Assembly (NCBI RefSeq): GCF_963921235.1
Contig: NC_086108.1
Location: 11,284,001 to 11,348,000 of the forward strand
Source: Mobula hypostoma
Lineage: Eukaryota
Length of the DNA stretch: 64,000 nucleotides
Reading direction: 5' to 3'
The notes beneath the pieces are model-generated. The model searched no databases and was not told the origin of the DNA. It worked only from the letters and a program-made list of their open reading frames with translations. The position numbers were made by a program, and so were the translations under genes. Positions 40,787 to 52,414 of the stretch are shown here, in pieces (the first letter of the stretch is position 1; each line of letters opens with the position of its first letter).

Positions 40787-41625
40787 TGTTACGTACCCCG
40801 TAACTGGGTTGCCAAACCAGCAGAAATGGATCACTCAGTTGGAGTCTGGAGTACTAGAACTAAGAAAGTTTTATTAAAGAAACAAGTAACACAGTAATCG
40901 AAAGGATAATAAATGCAACAATTCAACAATGATAACCACACATGTGCACAGAATTAAGATAACAGCATCAATCAAGCTCTATCGTTGTCTAGGGGTAAAT
41001 GACCAATTTCAAAATGACTCAAAGTTCAGGTCGCAGTAATCGTTGCCATGGCGATGGACAAGGTGGGGGAAGAGAGACGGAGAGAACAACTCATCATTCA
41101 GCACAGCTTCACTCACAGACCAGCGAGATGGCTCACAACCAGCTTTTTGGGCGGGTCCTTGGTGATGTCACCTGAGGTCACCGACTGTGACCCCTCCTCC
41201 AGATGCGGTCGATCCTCTGCAGTGAACCCGGCACCCAGGCAAGGGCGGACACACACCGGGTTCCCGCTGATCGTACCTTTCCACCCTTGTCGTTGTCTGG
41301 GACTTCTCACCCACTCGTGAGAAGCGTACCGCTTCCAGGGTCTCGTTACCTCGGGTGGCGTGTGTGTCTGTCTTAGCGAACCTGTCCCTTTTTATCCCCC
41401 TGCTGGGGTATCGCCTGTCCATCACTTCAAACAGTTCAGGGTTCAAAGGGGGGAGCCGCTCCAGACAGCTCTTCCTCCCACATCCCTTCATTACACATCT
41501 CCAGACGCTGCTCCATTGTTCCTTATCTCTCCTTCCCCTGAGGGCAGGTGGCAGACCAACTGCTGATGCCACTGATGCTAGCCCAGGCCAGCAAACATCT
41601 TAATTTTAGGTGTATTCTCGTAACA
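40787..41625 (-). repeat. 3' LTR (839 bp)
   Basis: Direct repeat of 44696-45537; minus-strand AATAAA at 40870-40875. Confidence 0.97.
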
Positions 41626-41637
41626 CTTCCCCCCTTT
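41626..41637 (-). other. Polypurine tract AAAGGGGGGAAG
   Basis: Plus-strand cttccccccttt abuts the 3' LTR. Confidence 0.9.
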
Positions 41638-41797
41638 AAGGATTTTTACCGGGAGGTAAAAATTACAAACATGACTACATTATCTGATACATACACAATA
41701 TACATCTTTAACAGTTATTTAGCTAATACAGAGAATTTGAAGCTGTCAACACCTTGACAGACAGTCATCACATTTTCTGTTCCTTTTACACGTGTTA

Positions 41798-44596
41798 TTA
41801 ATAATCCCTTAGACCAGGCTCCAACTCAGCAAACTTCATAGTGGCCAAAAACACTGATGAATTGCGACCAATGTAACCTCTCATTTGGTTTTGTCCCGGA
41901 CCACAATAACAAGGGTCGTCCCATTCCGACTCAATTTTCTCTCGCAAGGGCTTAGTAGGAGGGGGACGGGTATTGACCGCAGAGTTATTGCAAAACTTCC
42001 TGCAGTACCCCACCATCTCCAAGAGCCTTCTGAGGGCCCTCTTGTCTGTCGGGGTTGGGAGGTCAGCGATAGCCTGCATTGTAGCTTGCATCACTGCCAG
42101 CTGCCCCTGTGTCACCACAATTCCCAGGTAAGTGACTCTCGTGTGGCCGAATTCATTTTTTCCAAGGCTCACTATCACGCTGGCTTCAGACAGCCGTGTT
42201 AAATTGCCAATACACACCTCTGTGTTCATCAGCCCTTTAGTCACTGAATTACTCAAAAAATATGGGTGTTGTTTGCTTGGCTGCCCTATTGTAACCGACA
42301 TAACCCAACGTCCCAGTTCTTTGCATTTCCTCGGGACAATCAAACACATGGGTGCGAGTCGTTTAATTACTCCTTCGGGGATTAAGGGAGAGACCTTATC
42401 AGTAGACCTGGCCAAAACAATAGCCTTCTCCCATCTGACCGATCCCATCCTAATCTTTTCAAAATGGTTTTTTCCTCTTAGCAGGGGGCCCCTAGCTTCA
42501 TTGATTTCCACGCTAACACCGACTAGGTTTGTTAGCATATCAAAAGCCGGTGACCGTCTCAGTTCGCGTCGGTCATGATCAATAACATTTTTCCCCCTGG
42601 GCAGCCGGTAACTCTCTTTCATGATTCCACCAACTGTTTCCTCCAGCACCGCAAAATGTCCACCGGGGGGTACCTCGTGGGCCATGTTAAAAACCTCATC
42701 CCCATAACTCTTTTGCACCACCCCCCACTCCTCATCTGCGGATGCTGTACTTGATTTCCCTTTCTTTCTTAGCACTTCCTCATCCGCACAATAGCTTGTC
42801 AAGGCTGTGTCAGAGAGGGCTGTCTCGGCAAAAACCATCAGCCCCTCGTCTCGCTCCTGCGTCTGCACAAATTCTTTCCTGGCTACTGCTACGTCCGTCC
42901 CAGCTCCCTCACTACCTCTTATCTCACTACACCCTGTCTCATACAAGGTTGGCAGAAATGTTTCAGCCAAATTCACCATCGCGGGCGGGGCCTCCATGCT
43001 GGCAGGCTGACCCGTCAATCTCACGACTGGGAACACGATTCCTCCGGCGATGTCATTACCGAGCAAGACTTCCACGTCTTTCATCGGTAATTCGGACCTC
43101 ACCCCGATCGTGACTAGTCCAGAGACCAGGTTGCTCTGTAAATGTATCTGGTGCAAAGGGACTGACTCTGTCCCTTCCCCAACACCTTTGACCTCTACCT
43201 CCCCAGTCTGGGTCTCTGAGCTAAACTCTAATACACTCTTCAGTATTAGTGACTGACACGCTCCCGTGTCTCTCCAGATCCGCACTGGAACTGGTTTTAA
43301 CCTCTTTTTCACTGACACCAGTCCGGCCGAGATAAACCTCTCGCGCCCTTCCTGGACTTTTTCAGACCTGTCCTTCCCTAGCGGTTCGCTTAACAGCTCA
43401 ATACAGCCATTCAAAATTTCCGCTTTTCCTTTCCCCGTCTCCTTCCTTGGGGCAAAGCACCTGGACGCAAAGTGTCCGACTTTCCCACAATTATAACAGA
43501 CGACTCCAGGAGACTTCCTACCAGACTGCTCCCGGTCTACCTTATCCTTTTCACTAGTCCCCGGCTTACTTTCTGACTTTTCCGGTGGACTCTCCCCGCC
43601 GTCCTGACTACCCTTCTGGTAGCCTTTACTCGGGGCAACCTTCATTTTATGCGTCAACGAATACTCATCCGCTAACTTAGCAGTTGCGGCTAACGTGGCT
43701 GCCTCTTTCTCATCGAGGTAGGGTCTCATACCCTCAGGGACACAACCTTTAAACTGCTCAATCAGAACCAGTTGCAGCAGTCTGTCATAATCCCCCTCTA
43801 CCCCTTTCGAGGCGCACCAACGCTCACAATATGTTTGCATCTCACGAGCAAACTCCAAATACGTGCGGTCCCACCGCTTCCTCGCATTCCGGAACCTCTG
43901 CCGGTATGCCTCCGGGACCAACTCATAAATCCTGAGGATGGCCTCCTTCACCACCTCATACTTCTGGGCATCTTCCGCGGATAAAGCGGAGTAAGCTTGT
44001 TGGGCTTTCCCTTTCAGTACACTCTGAAGTAAGACAACCCACTTATCCCTCGGCCAGTCCTGACTTATAGCTACTTTTTCGAAGTGGAGAAAGTACCGAT
44101 CCACATCGGTATCGTCAAATGGGGGAACCAGCCTAACCTCCTGGGTCGCCCGGAACCCTTCACCTTGGTTCGGCACGAGCCCCTGCTCGGCCCTTATCTT
44201 TAACTTCTCCAGCTCAAATTCCCTTTCCCTCTGTTTCTCCTCTCTCTCCAACTGTCTGTCCCTCTCTCTCTCTTCTCTCTCCAACTGTCTTTCTCTCTCT
44301 TTCTCTTCGTGTTCTAACTGCCGTACCCGGAACTCGTGCTCGAGTCTCAGTTTTTCAAGCTGTACCTGTACCGCGTCTCCAGCAGGTTTTTCAATAGACA
44401 CCTCCCCCAGCTCACCTTGGGGAAACACACCTTTAGATACATAGTGCTCTACAATAGCTCTGTGTATCTCCTCTCTCCTCATTGTCGACTTCACCTTAGC
44501 AAGATTCACCCGTTTTGCCACAGCTATCAATTCCGATTTCCTGGCATCCTCTAATGCCTCCAAGGTCGGCGCCTTTATAAATTCCTCAACCTCCAT
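41798..44596 (-). CDS. gag-pol: Gag (coiled coil, SCAN-like capsid, CCHC knuckle) - aspartic protease - remnant integrase Zn finger - remnant RT, 932 aa
   Basis: VPPFD..YFLHFEKVA..W..LKGKAQ..EAYRQRFR..IEQF..LADEY (Gmr1/SCAN-like capsid); CYNCGKVGHFASRC; RDTGACQSLI; AHEVPPGGHF; KQHPY; VTYLG..LPTPTDKRALRRLLEMVGYCRKF. No YxDD, DDE core or RNase H visible. Confidence 0.93.
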   Translation of the reverse strand: MEVEEFIKAPTLEALEDARKSELIAVAKRVNLAKVKSTMRREEIHRAIVEHYVSKGVFPQGELGEVSIEKPAGDAVQVQLEKLRLEHEFRVRQLEHEEKERERQLEREERERDRQLEREEKQREREFELEKLKIRAEQGLVPNQGEGFRATQEVRLVPPFDDTDVDRYFLHFEKVAISQDWPRDKWVVLLQSVLKGKAQQAYSALSAEDAQKYEVVKEAILRIYELVPEAYRQRFRNARKRWDRTYLEFAREMQTYCERWCASKGVEGDYDRLLQLVLIEQFKGCVPEGMRPYLDEKEAATLAATAKLADEYSLTHKMKVAPSKGYQKGSQDGGESPPEKSESKPGTSEKDKVDREQSGRKSPGVVCYNCGKVGHFASRCFAPRKETGKGKAEILNGCIELLSEPLGKDRSEKVQEGRERFISAGLVSVKKRLKPVPVRIWRDTGACQSLILKSVLEFSSETQTGEVEVKGVGEGTESVPLHQIHLQSNLVSGLVTIGVRSELPMKDVEVLLGNDIAGGIVFPVVRLTGQPASMEAPPAMVNLAETFLPTLYETGCSEIRGSEGAGTDVAVARKEFVQTQERDEGLMVFAETALSDTALTSYCADEEVLRKKGKSSTASADEEWGVVQKSYGDEVFNMAHEVPPGGHFAVLEETVGGIMKESYRLPRGKNVIDHDRRELRRSPAFDMLTNLVGVSVEINEARGPLLRGKNHFEKIRMGSVRWEKAIVLARSTDKVSPLIPEGVIKRLAPMCLIVPRKCKELGRWVMSVTIGQPSKQHPYFLSNSVTKGLMNTEVCIGNLTRLSEASVIVSLGKNEFGHTRVTYLGIVVTQGQLAVMQATMQAIADLPTPTDKRALRRLLEMVGYCRKFCNNSAVNTRPPPTKPLREKIESEWDDPCYCGPGQNQMRGYIGRNSSVFLATMKFAELEPGLRDY

Positions 44597-44665
44597 TTCT
44601 GCTGTTTGTCTTTTCTTTCTTTCGGGAATTTTAACCCAATCAATTTACTCCGTCCCAAATTTAGC

Positions 44666-44691
44666 GTTCAAAATCGCGGACGAGAACCCCA
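44666..44691 (-). other. Primer-binding site, tRNA-Pro-like
   Basis: Plus strand GTTCAAAATCGCGGACGAGAACCCCA resembles the vertebrate tRNA-Pro 3' end GTTCAAATCCCGGACGAGCCCCCA; it lies 4 nt from the 5' LTR. Confidence 0.8.
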
Positions 44692-44695
44692 CTTA

Positions 44696-45537
44696 TGTTA
44701 CGTACCCCGTAACTGGGTTGCCAAACCAGCAGAAATGGATCACTCAGTTGGAGTCTGGAGTACTAGAACTAAGAAAGTTTTATTAAAGAAACAAGTAACA
44801 CAGTAATCGAAAGGATAATAAATGCAACAATTCAACAATGATAACCACACATGTGCACAGAATTAAGATAACAGCATCAATCAAGCTCTATCGTTGTCTA
44901 GGGGTAAATGACCAATTTCAAAATGACTCAAAGTTCAGGTCGCAGTAATCGTTGCCATGGCGATGGACAACGTGGGGGAAGAGAGACATAGAATAGGAAC
45001 AACTCATCATTCAGCACAGCTTCACTCACAGACCAGCGGGATGGCTCACAACCAGCTTTTGGGCAGGTCCTTGGTGATGTCACCTGAGGTCACCGACTGT
45101 GACCCCTCCTCCAGATGCGGTCGATCCTCTGCAGTGAACCCGGCACCCAGGCAAGGGCGGACACACACCGGGTTCCCGCTGATCGTACCTTTCCACCCTT
45201 GTCGTTGTCTGGGACTTCTCACCCACTCGTGAGAAGCGCACCGCTTCCAGGGTCTCGTTACCTCGGGTGGCGTGTGTGTCTGTCTTAGCGAACCTGTCCC
45301 TTTTTATCCCCCTGCTGGGGTATCGCCTGTCCATCACTTCAAACAGTTCAGGGTTCAAAGGGGGGAGCCGCTCCAGACAGCTCTTCCTCCCACATCCCTT
45401 CATTACACATCTCCAGACGCTGCTCCATTGTTCCTTATCTCTCCTTCCCCTGAGGGCAGGTGGCAGACCAACTGCTGATGCCACTGATGCTAGCCCAGGC
45501 CAGCAAACATCTTAATTTTAGGTGTATTCTCGTAACA
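44696..45537 (-). repeat. 5' LTR (842 bp)
   Basis: Direct repeat of 40787-41625 with a few substitutions and small indels clustered around 44970-45070. Confidence 0.97.
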
Positions 45538-46472
45538 AGATAAAGCGTGGAATAGGCCTTTTCAGTTCCTCGAGCCACACCACCCGGTAATCCCCCGATT
45601 TAATCCTAGCCTAGTCACGGGACAATTTACCAAACCTACCAACTGGTATGTCTTTGGACTGTGGGAGGAAAGCGTAGCATCCAGTGGTACATAAATTAAC
45701 CTGAACCTGAAAAGACTCTTAACATGACAGGAGAAATAGAATGGGGAACTGTATGTGTTCCATAAAGTCATCAGGCAGTGAAAAAAAGCCCTTCAGCCCA
45801 TCTTGTCCACGCTGGCCAAGGCGTGTTGAAGGGACACAGTCCACAGTCCAATCCCTCAACGGTAGGCACTGGATTTTCAGTTTATTGAAGAATATTTCCC
45901 GGGTAGGTTAGCTTGATGTAATATATCGTTGGCCGCCCCTACTTGACAGTTTTGAAATACAAACTGGTTAAGAGGAAGAAAAAGAAGTTGTCTTTTGAAA
46001 TAATCAATAGATTTCATTTTTTTGTTCTGCGAACGCTTTCTAGAGACAAGCTATTGCTGCATCTGGTGACTCTGACATTTCTTTTCAGTGAGGGAATGTC
46101 ACCCAGGAGATTTATATCCACCTTCTTGTGTCAGCTGAAGCACGGAGATTGATTTCCACATGAAGAAACCAAGTGACTGGCTGTGTAGCAAACTCCATCT
46201 CAACATATCCCTGGAGGGACCTGCACCATCAACGCCCCCCCCCCACCTCCCATTCCCCCACACCCTGACCAACACTACTAAATTTACATGCTCACACCAG
46301 CAACTGCAGTCTTCCCACCAACCAAGTCAACGCTGAAGCCCTGGGGGTTGCTGTAGAACAGAGGGAGCGGAGGAGGACAGTTACACAGCTCCCTGAAAGT
46401 GGCATCGTAGGTAGGCAGGGTGGTGAAGAAGGCTTTTGGCACACTGCCCTTCATTAGTCAGGGCACTGAGTG

Positions 46473-46745
46473 TGGGTGGCACAGTAGCGTAATGGTTAGC
46501 AGGATGCTTTACAGTACCAGTGAGCCGCGTTCACTTCCCACTGCTGCCTCTTCGGAGTTTGTACATTCTTCCCGAGGCTGCGAGGGTTTCCTCCAGGTGC
46601 TCTGGTTTCCTCCCACAGTCCGAATACATACCAGTTGCTAGGTGAACTGGTCATTGTAAATGGTCTAAGGTTAAATCGGGGGTTGCTGGGCAGGGCAGCT
46701 CAAAGGGCTGGAAGTGCCTATTCCGTGCTGTTTCTCAATAATTAA
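46473..46745 (+). mobile_element. tRNA-derived V-SINE-like element
   Basis: Head gggtggcacagtagcgtaatggttagc (A box); V-domain gggtttcctccaggtgctctggtttcctcccacagtcc; A/T-rich tail. Confidence 0.75.
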
Positions 46746-47169
46746 ATTAAAGAAATTTGGGATGGTTTATTACAAGTCGGCTGTAAAAGCCAAAGCACAA
46801 CGTCGGCGAACCCATGAATCTGAAGACAACCTGTCCCGTCCCGACATTGGACAACTGCGTATGTGTGTAGGTGGGTGAGTGGCCGGGAGGAACGGGGCTT
46901 GCTCAGGAAGTTGGTGCGTCCGTACCTGCTCACCCCACCATCAGAAATATACCATTAAGCAGGAAAGAGGTTAGAGGAGATTTACGAGCAAGTTTACCAG
47001 GGCATGAGGGGTTGAGTTTTAGAAAGAGGTTGGGCAGGCTGGGCTTTATTCCTTGGAGTGCAGGAGAATGAGGGATGATCTTATAGAGGTGTATAAAATC
47101 ATGATGGACACAGACAGGGTGAACACATTCACTCTCACTCCCAGAGCTGGGGAATTTTGATCTCAGAGG

Positions 47170-48005
47170 CCATGGACCATAAGACATAGAAGCTTAATTA
47201 GGCTCTCCTGCCCATTAAGTCTGCAGGACATTTCATCATGACTGATCCATTTCCCTCTCCATTCTCCTGCCTTCTCCCCATAACTTGTCACACCCTGACT
47301 AATCAAGAGTCTATCAACGTTTGTCTTAAATGTACCCAGTAACCTGGCCTCCACAGCCTCCTGTGGCTGTGTCCTCTGGTCCTAGACTACTCTCCCCAAA
47401 GGAAACATTCTCTTCACGTCCGCTCTATTGAAGCCTTTCAACATTTGATGGGTTTCAATGAGATCCCCCCTCATTTTTCAGAATTCCAGTGAGTACAGGC
47501 CCGGAGACTTCAATTGCTGCTTATTTGATAACCCTTTCATTCCCAGAATCATTCTCATGAACCCTCTCCAACGTCAGCAAATCCTTTTTCAGATAAGGAG
47601 ACTAAAACTGCTCACACTACTCCAAGTGAGGCCTCACCAGTGCTTTATAAAGCCTCAACATTACATCCTTGCCTTTGTATTCTAGCCAACATTGCATTCT
47701 CCTTCCTCACCACTGATTCAACCTACCAATGAATGTTCAGGGAATCTTGCACAAGGACTCTCAGGTCCCTTTGCACCTCAGGTTTTTGTATTTTCTTTCC
47801 ATTTAGAAAGTAATCTATGTTTTTATTTCTTCTACCAAAGTGCATGACCATACACTTCCAGACTCTGTATTCCATTTGCCACTTCTTTGCCCATTCTCTA
47901 AATGTGTCTAAGTCCTTCTGCAGCCTTTCTACTTCCTCAACACTACCTGCCCTTCCACCTGTCTTCGTATTGAATGCAAACTTGGCCACAAAGCCATCAA
48001 TTCCA
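47170..48005 (-). mobile_element. CR1 LINE fragment
   Basis: AKFAFNTK.GG....EEVERLQKDLD....WAKKWQM...KCMVMHFGRRN..QRDL. Confidence 0.85.
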
Positions 48006-48147
48006 TGGCATAGATTTAAGACAAGAGGAGAGTGACATTAAAGGAACTTGAGGAGCGTCATTCTGTCGACATAGAACAAGCTACCAGTGTTCGAGGCAGC
48101 TATGTTCACAACATTTGGACAAGTACATAGAGAGGAAAAGTTTAGAG

Positions 48148-48226
48148 CAGAGGTTCCTATCCGGTGGTCCATAGACGCCTTAGTTAAAGTTAGGTTTCAA
48201 AGCATATAAAAGGTTAGGAACTCCTG
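48148..48226. mobile_element. ~80-bp hAT-like MITE
   Basis: cagaggttccta...taggaactcctg inverted termini; same family as 32110. Confidence 0.65.
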
Positions 48227-48249
48227 GAGACAAACACAGACAAACGTGT

Positions 48250-50057
48250 AGATCAGAAATAACATCTCCACCTTGCAGACAATCAACACTGGCACACCTC
48301 AGGGGTGTGTGTTTAGCCCACTGCTCTACTCTCTCTAAACCCAAGGCACAGCTCAAATGCCATCTATAAATTTGCCGTTGGCACAGTCTCAGAAGGGGTA
48401 GACAGGAGTGAGATAGATCAGCTAGTTGAGTGGTGTCACTGACATACAGTGGGGGCTTGGAACAGACCCAAGCGCAAGACGCAGACACTGAAGTACTAGG
48501 GACAGGACTAGGATATAGGTTGAGGGGTAGGACATGGACACGAAAACTGGGAACCCGGAACAGGACTACATAAGAGAGCTAGGAGCCCGGGCTTGGACTC
48601 CGAGCCAGAGATTGGCCAAAAACCCAGAACCTGGGTCTTGCCTCTGGCTCGGACCCCAGAACTAGGCAAGGATGAGACTTGGCTGGCAGGCAGGACGAGG
48701 CTTGAGACTAGAGACTTGAGGCGAGACTGGAGGCCGGAGATGTGAGACGAGGCTTGGCTAGAGACTTGGGGCCTTGAAGCTCCTCCTGGGCAGGGCGCGG
48801 TACTCCACCCAACGGAGGCAAGGAACAGAAAGGGACGGAACCAACTGTAGGTAACGGCAATACGGCCTGGCTTACCCGACGGATGCAAGGGACAGGAAGG
48901 GACAGAACCAACCGCAGGGTAACGGCAAGACGGCCTGACTTACTTGGCAGAGACAAAGGACAGGAAGGGAGCTAGGTACAGGGTGACTCCAAGACAAGAC
49001 TACAGGTGAAATGAGGTGAGAGCTACCGGCAAGACAAGGCAGGGCTTCAGGTGAGGAAACAGAAGGCAGGGGAAGGGATACAAGGAGTAAGGACAAGAAC
49101 AATCCAGCAGCCACGGCCTGGTCTCTGGAGGTATTTATACAGCCAGTCCCAATGAGAATCAGCTGCCTCAATTAGAGCTCAACAGGAACAGAAACAGGGT
49201 AGCAAGGGTCGATGGACCAGACAGTGAACCGGAATGCGGACTTCATGGACCGGACCATGCCAGTCACAGCAACAACCTTGCATTCTACATCGGTTAGACC
49301 AAAGAACTGATTGTGGACTTCAGAAAGGATAAGACAAGGGAATACACACCAGACCTCATAGAAGGATCAAAGTGGAAAGAGTGAACAATTTCAGTTCCTG
49401 GGTGTCAATGTCTCTCAGGATCTAACGTGGACCCAACGTATCAATGCAGCTATAAAGAAGGCAAGGCAGTGGCTATGTTTCATTAGGTGTTTGAGGATAT
49501 TTGCTATGTCACCAAAGACCTTTGCAAATTTCTACAGATGTACTGCGGAGAGCATTCTAACTAGCTGCATCACCGTCTGGTATGGTGGGGGTGGGGGTGA
49601 TGAGGGTGGTTGCTGCTGCTCCGGATCAAAGTGAGTTGCAGAGGGTTGTAAACTGTGTCAGCTCCACCATGGGCACTAGCCTCCCCAGTACCCAGGACAT
49701 CTCCAAGGAGTGAAGCCTCAAAAAAAAAATGGTGTCCTTCATTAAGGACCCCCATCACCCAGGACATGCCTTCTTCTCATTGATACCATCAGGAAGGAGG
49801 TACAAGAGCCTATAGGGACACACTCAATAATTCATGAACAGCTTCTTCCCCTCTGCCATCCAATTCCTGACTAGACATTGAACCCATGAACACTACCACA
49901 CTATTTTTCTTCTCTTTTTGCAATACTTATTTAATTTAACTATTTAATATACTTACTGCAATTCACACATTTTTATATATTGCATTATACTGCTGCCGTA
50001 AAACACCATCAAATTTCACAACGTATGCTGGTGATATTAAACATGATTCTGATTCTG
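48250..50057 (+). mobile_element. Rex/Babar LINE 3' part, split by a solo LTR
   Basis: ggcacacctcaggggtgtgtgtttagcccactgctctac; gagtggtgtcac|agcaacaacc rejoins across the insertion; (gattct)n tail. Confidence 0.8.
48440..49262 (-). mobile_element. Solo LTR (823 bp) with 5-bp TSD GTCAC; same family as the 61574-63998 LTRs
   Basis: TG...CA termini; gtcac at 48435-48439 and 49263-49267; long shared blocks such as acagacactgaagtactagggacaggactaggata; minus-strand TATAAA at 49134-49139. Confidence 0.9.
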
Positions 50058-50319
50058 AAATCTGGGTTCAATGGGCACTTTGTCAGCATGGATGAGATGG
50101 GCCGAAAGGCCTGTTTTGTGCTATATAAATGGATTTTCTAAGCAGCACTGCAGTAATACCGATGAGTACAAAGACTAACCGATAAATGAACACATGGCTA
50201 ATACTCACATGGTGACCCCGACAACACCTCTACAGTCACATCTTGTTTTGTTCTGTGACGTTCTGCTGTGTGCTACAGTCCTGAGGCCAAGAGACTCCTA
50301 CACAGGGCTGTGGATGATT

Positions 50320-51060
50320 AGAAGGTCTTGGGAGTCCTCGGGCAGGATTCTCAAAAGGTAAAATTGCAGGTTGAGTCGCTGGTAAGGAAGGCAAATGCAA
50401 TGTTAGATTCATTTTGAAAGAACTGGAATATAATAGCAAGGATGGAATGCTGAGGCCTTATAAGGTATTGGTCAGACTGCACGGGGTATTGTGAGCAGTT
50501 TTGGTCTCCTTATCTAAGAAAAGATGTGCTAACATTGCAGAAGGTCCAGAGGAGGTTCATGAGAATGATTCTCGGATCAAGGTTAACGTCTGAGGAACGT
50601 TTAATATCTTTGGGACTGTACTTGCCGGAATTTAGAAGAATGAGGAATAGATCTTATTGAAACCTATTTAATATTGAAAGGCCTCGATAGAGTGGATGTG
50701 GAGAGGATGTTTCCTATAGTGGTGGAGGCTGGGACCAGAGAACATTACTTTAGAATGGAGGGATGTTCATTCAGAACAGAGATGGGGAAGAATTTTTTTA
50801 GCCAGAGGGTGGCGAATTTGTGGAATTCACTGCCACAAATGGCTGTGGAGACCACTGGACATATTTAAAGCGGGTGTTTTTGGATTAGACAGTGCGTCAA
50901 AGGTTATGGGGAACAGGTAGGAGAATGGTGTTGAGAAGAATCATATATCAGCCATGATAAAATGGTAGAGCAGACTTAATGGGCTGAATGGCCTAATTCT
51001 GCTCCTAGGTCTTATGGTTATAATAGCAAGGATTTAATGCTGAGGTTTTATAAGTTATTG
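50320..51060 (+). mobile_element. CR1 LINE 3' fragment
   Basis: LKGLDRVDVERMFP..TREH..FFSQRVANLWNSLP plus the typical tail aatggcctaattctgctcct. Confidence 0.85.
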
Positions 51061-52414
51061 TCAGTGATACCAGGACAATTACATCTACATTTATCTCTGT
51101 AAAAACTATAAAGAATGTCTAGCAGATTAATAAGGAGGAAAAAATAGACTACAAGATGGAGCTGCTCCGGAATGTGACAACTGACAGTTTCTATAGCCAC
51201 TTTAGACAAGAGTGAACAAGGCATGCATTGATTCTCCAGAAAGGGAAATTAGAATGGAAACAAAGAAATGATAGGCAAATTAAACAGGCATTTTTCATCT
51301 GATGTCATTAGAAAAGATGTCGGTAGCATCCCACAAGTCGCTGTGAATGTGGATTTATGAAGAAGGGAAGGAAGGACTTGGGAAAGTTACACACTCAACC
51401 AGGCAGTGGAACTGAGCAATTGACTCAGGTCCTGCTGGGCTTCGCCCTTGGCTCTGGGAGATAGTTGATGCATTGGTATTACTTTGCCAAAATTTAGTAG
51501 ATTTTGGGAAAGTTCTGGTTGATCAGAATAGCACAAACATAACTCTTTTATTCAAAAAGGGCATGGGGACAGAAAGTTGGAGATACCAGGCTTGTTAGAG
51601 CCACAGAGAGGTACAGCAGAGAAGCTCTATGCCCCATCAAGTCAGTATCAAACCATTTAAACTGTCCGGGACCATCCATGTACCTATCCAAACTTCTCTT
51701 AAATGTTGAAATTGACCTTGCAACCACCACAGAACCTATAATCTCTCGTACTAGTGCCACCCACCCTCAGTGGGAATAGCCTGTTCGCATTGCTCCTATC
51801 TCTACCCCTGAGGTGTCGAGTGATCTGGACATCTGGCACCTGACTCACTCAAAGCTAGCATGCAGGGTCAGGAATTAGAAAAACTGACATGAATTTGGGA
51901 GCCAGTAGAACACAAAAGAAGAGAAGTTATGCCTCATGTACTGACATAAGGATATCTGAAATACTGGGTGCAGTGCTGTCTCCTGTTTAAGGAAGGGCAT
52001 TGCTGTGTTGTCAAGTTCCTCCATCAATCGCTTCAGTGGAAGAAATGGGTGGCCATGCTGGCCTTGTATCTACAGAGAGGACATCTGATGTGGTATGTTG
52101 GTATATTTGCTTTGTGGGATCTCCATCTGGTCTGGGAACAGCCGAGCATCAGACCAAAAATCCCTACACAGGACCGTGAGAATGGCAAAGAGGATCATAG
52201 GGGTCTCCCTACACCCATCAGGGATATTTATCAGGAGCGCTACATACACAGGGCCCTTAGTATTATAAAGGATCTCATCCATCCATCCAGCATCCTCTCC
52301 AATTTTCTACCACCAGGCAGGAGACTCCAATGCATAAAAACAAGAACAGTCAGGATGGGAAACTGTTTTTTCCCCCAGGCCATTAGCTTCTGAACTCCCT
52401 GCTGCATCGTATTC

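Larger units (their letters stand above)
40787..45537 (-). mobile_element. Gmr1-type Ty3/gypsy LTR retrotransposon, structurally complete but pol-deleted (non-autonomous); TSD AGAT
   Basis: Two near-identical LTRs with TGTTAC...GTAACA termini; agat at 40783-40786 and 45538-45541; PBS, PPT and a single long ORF. Confidence 0.97.

Noticed and set aside
41048..45515. Duplicated short ORFs (e.g. 134 aa at 41168 and 45080)
   Set aside because: They lie within the LTRs; duplication reflects LTR identity, with no recognisable domain.
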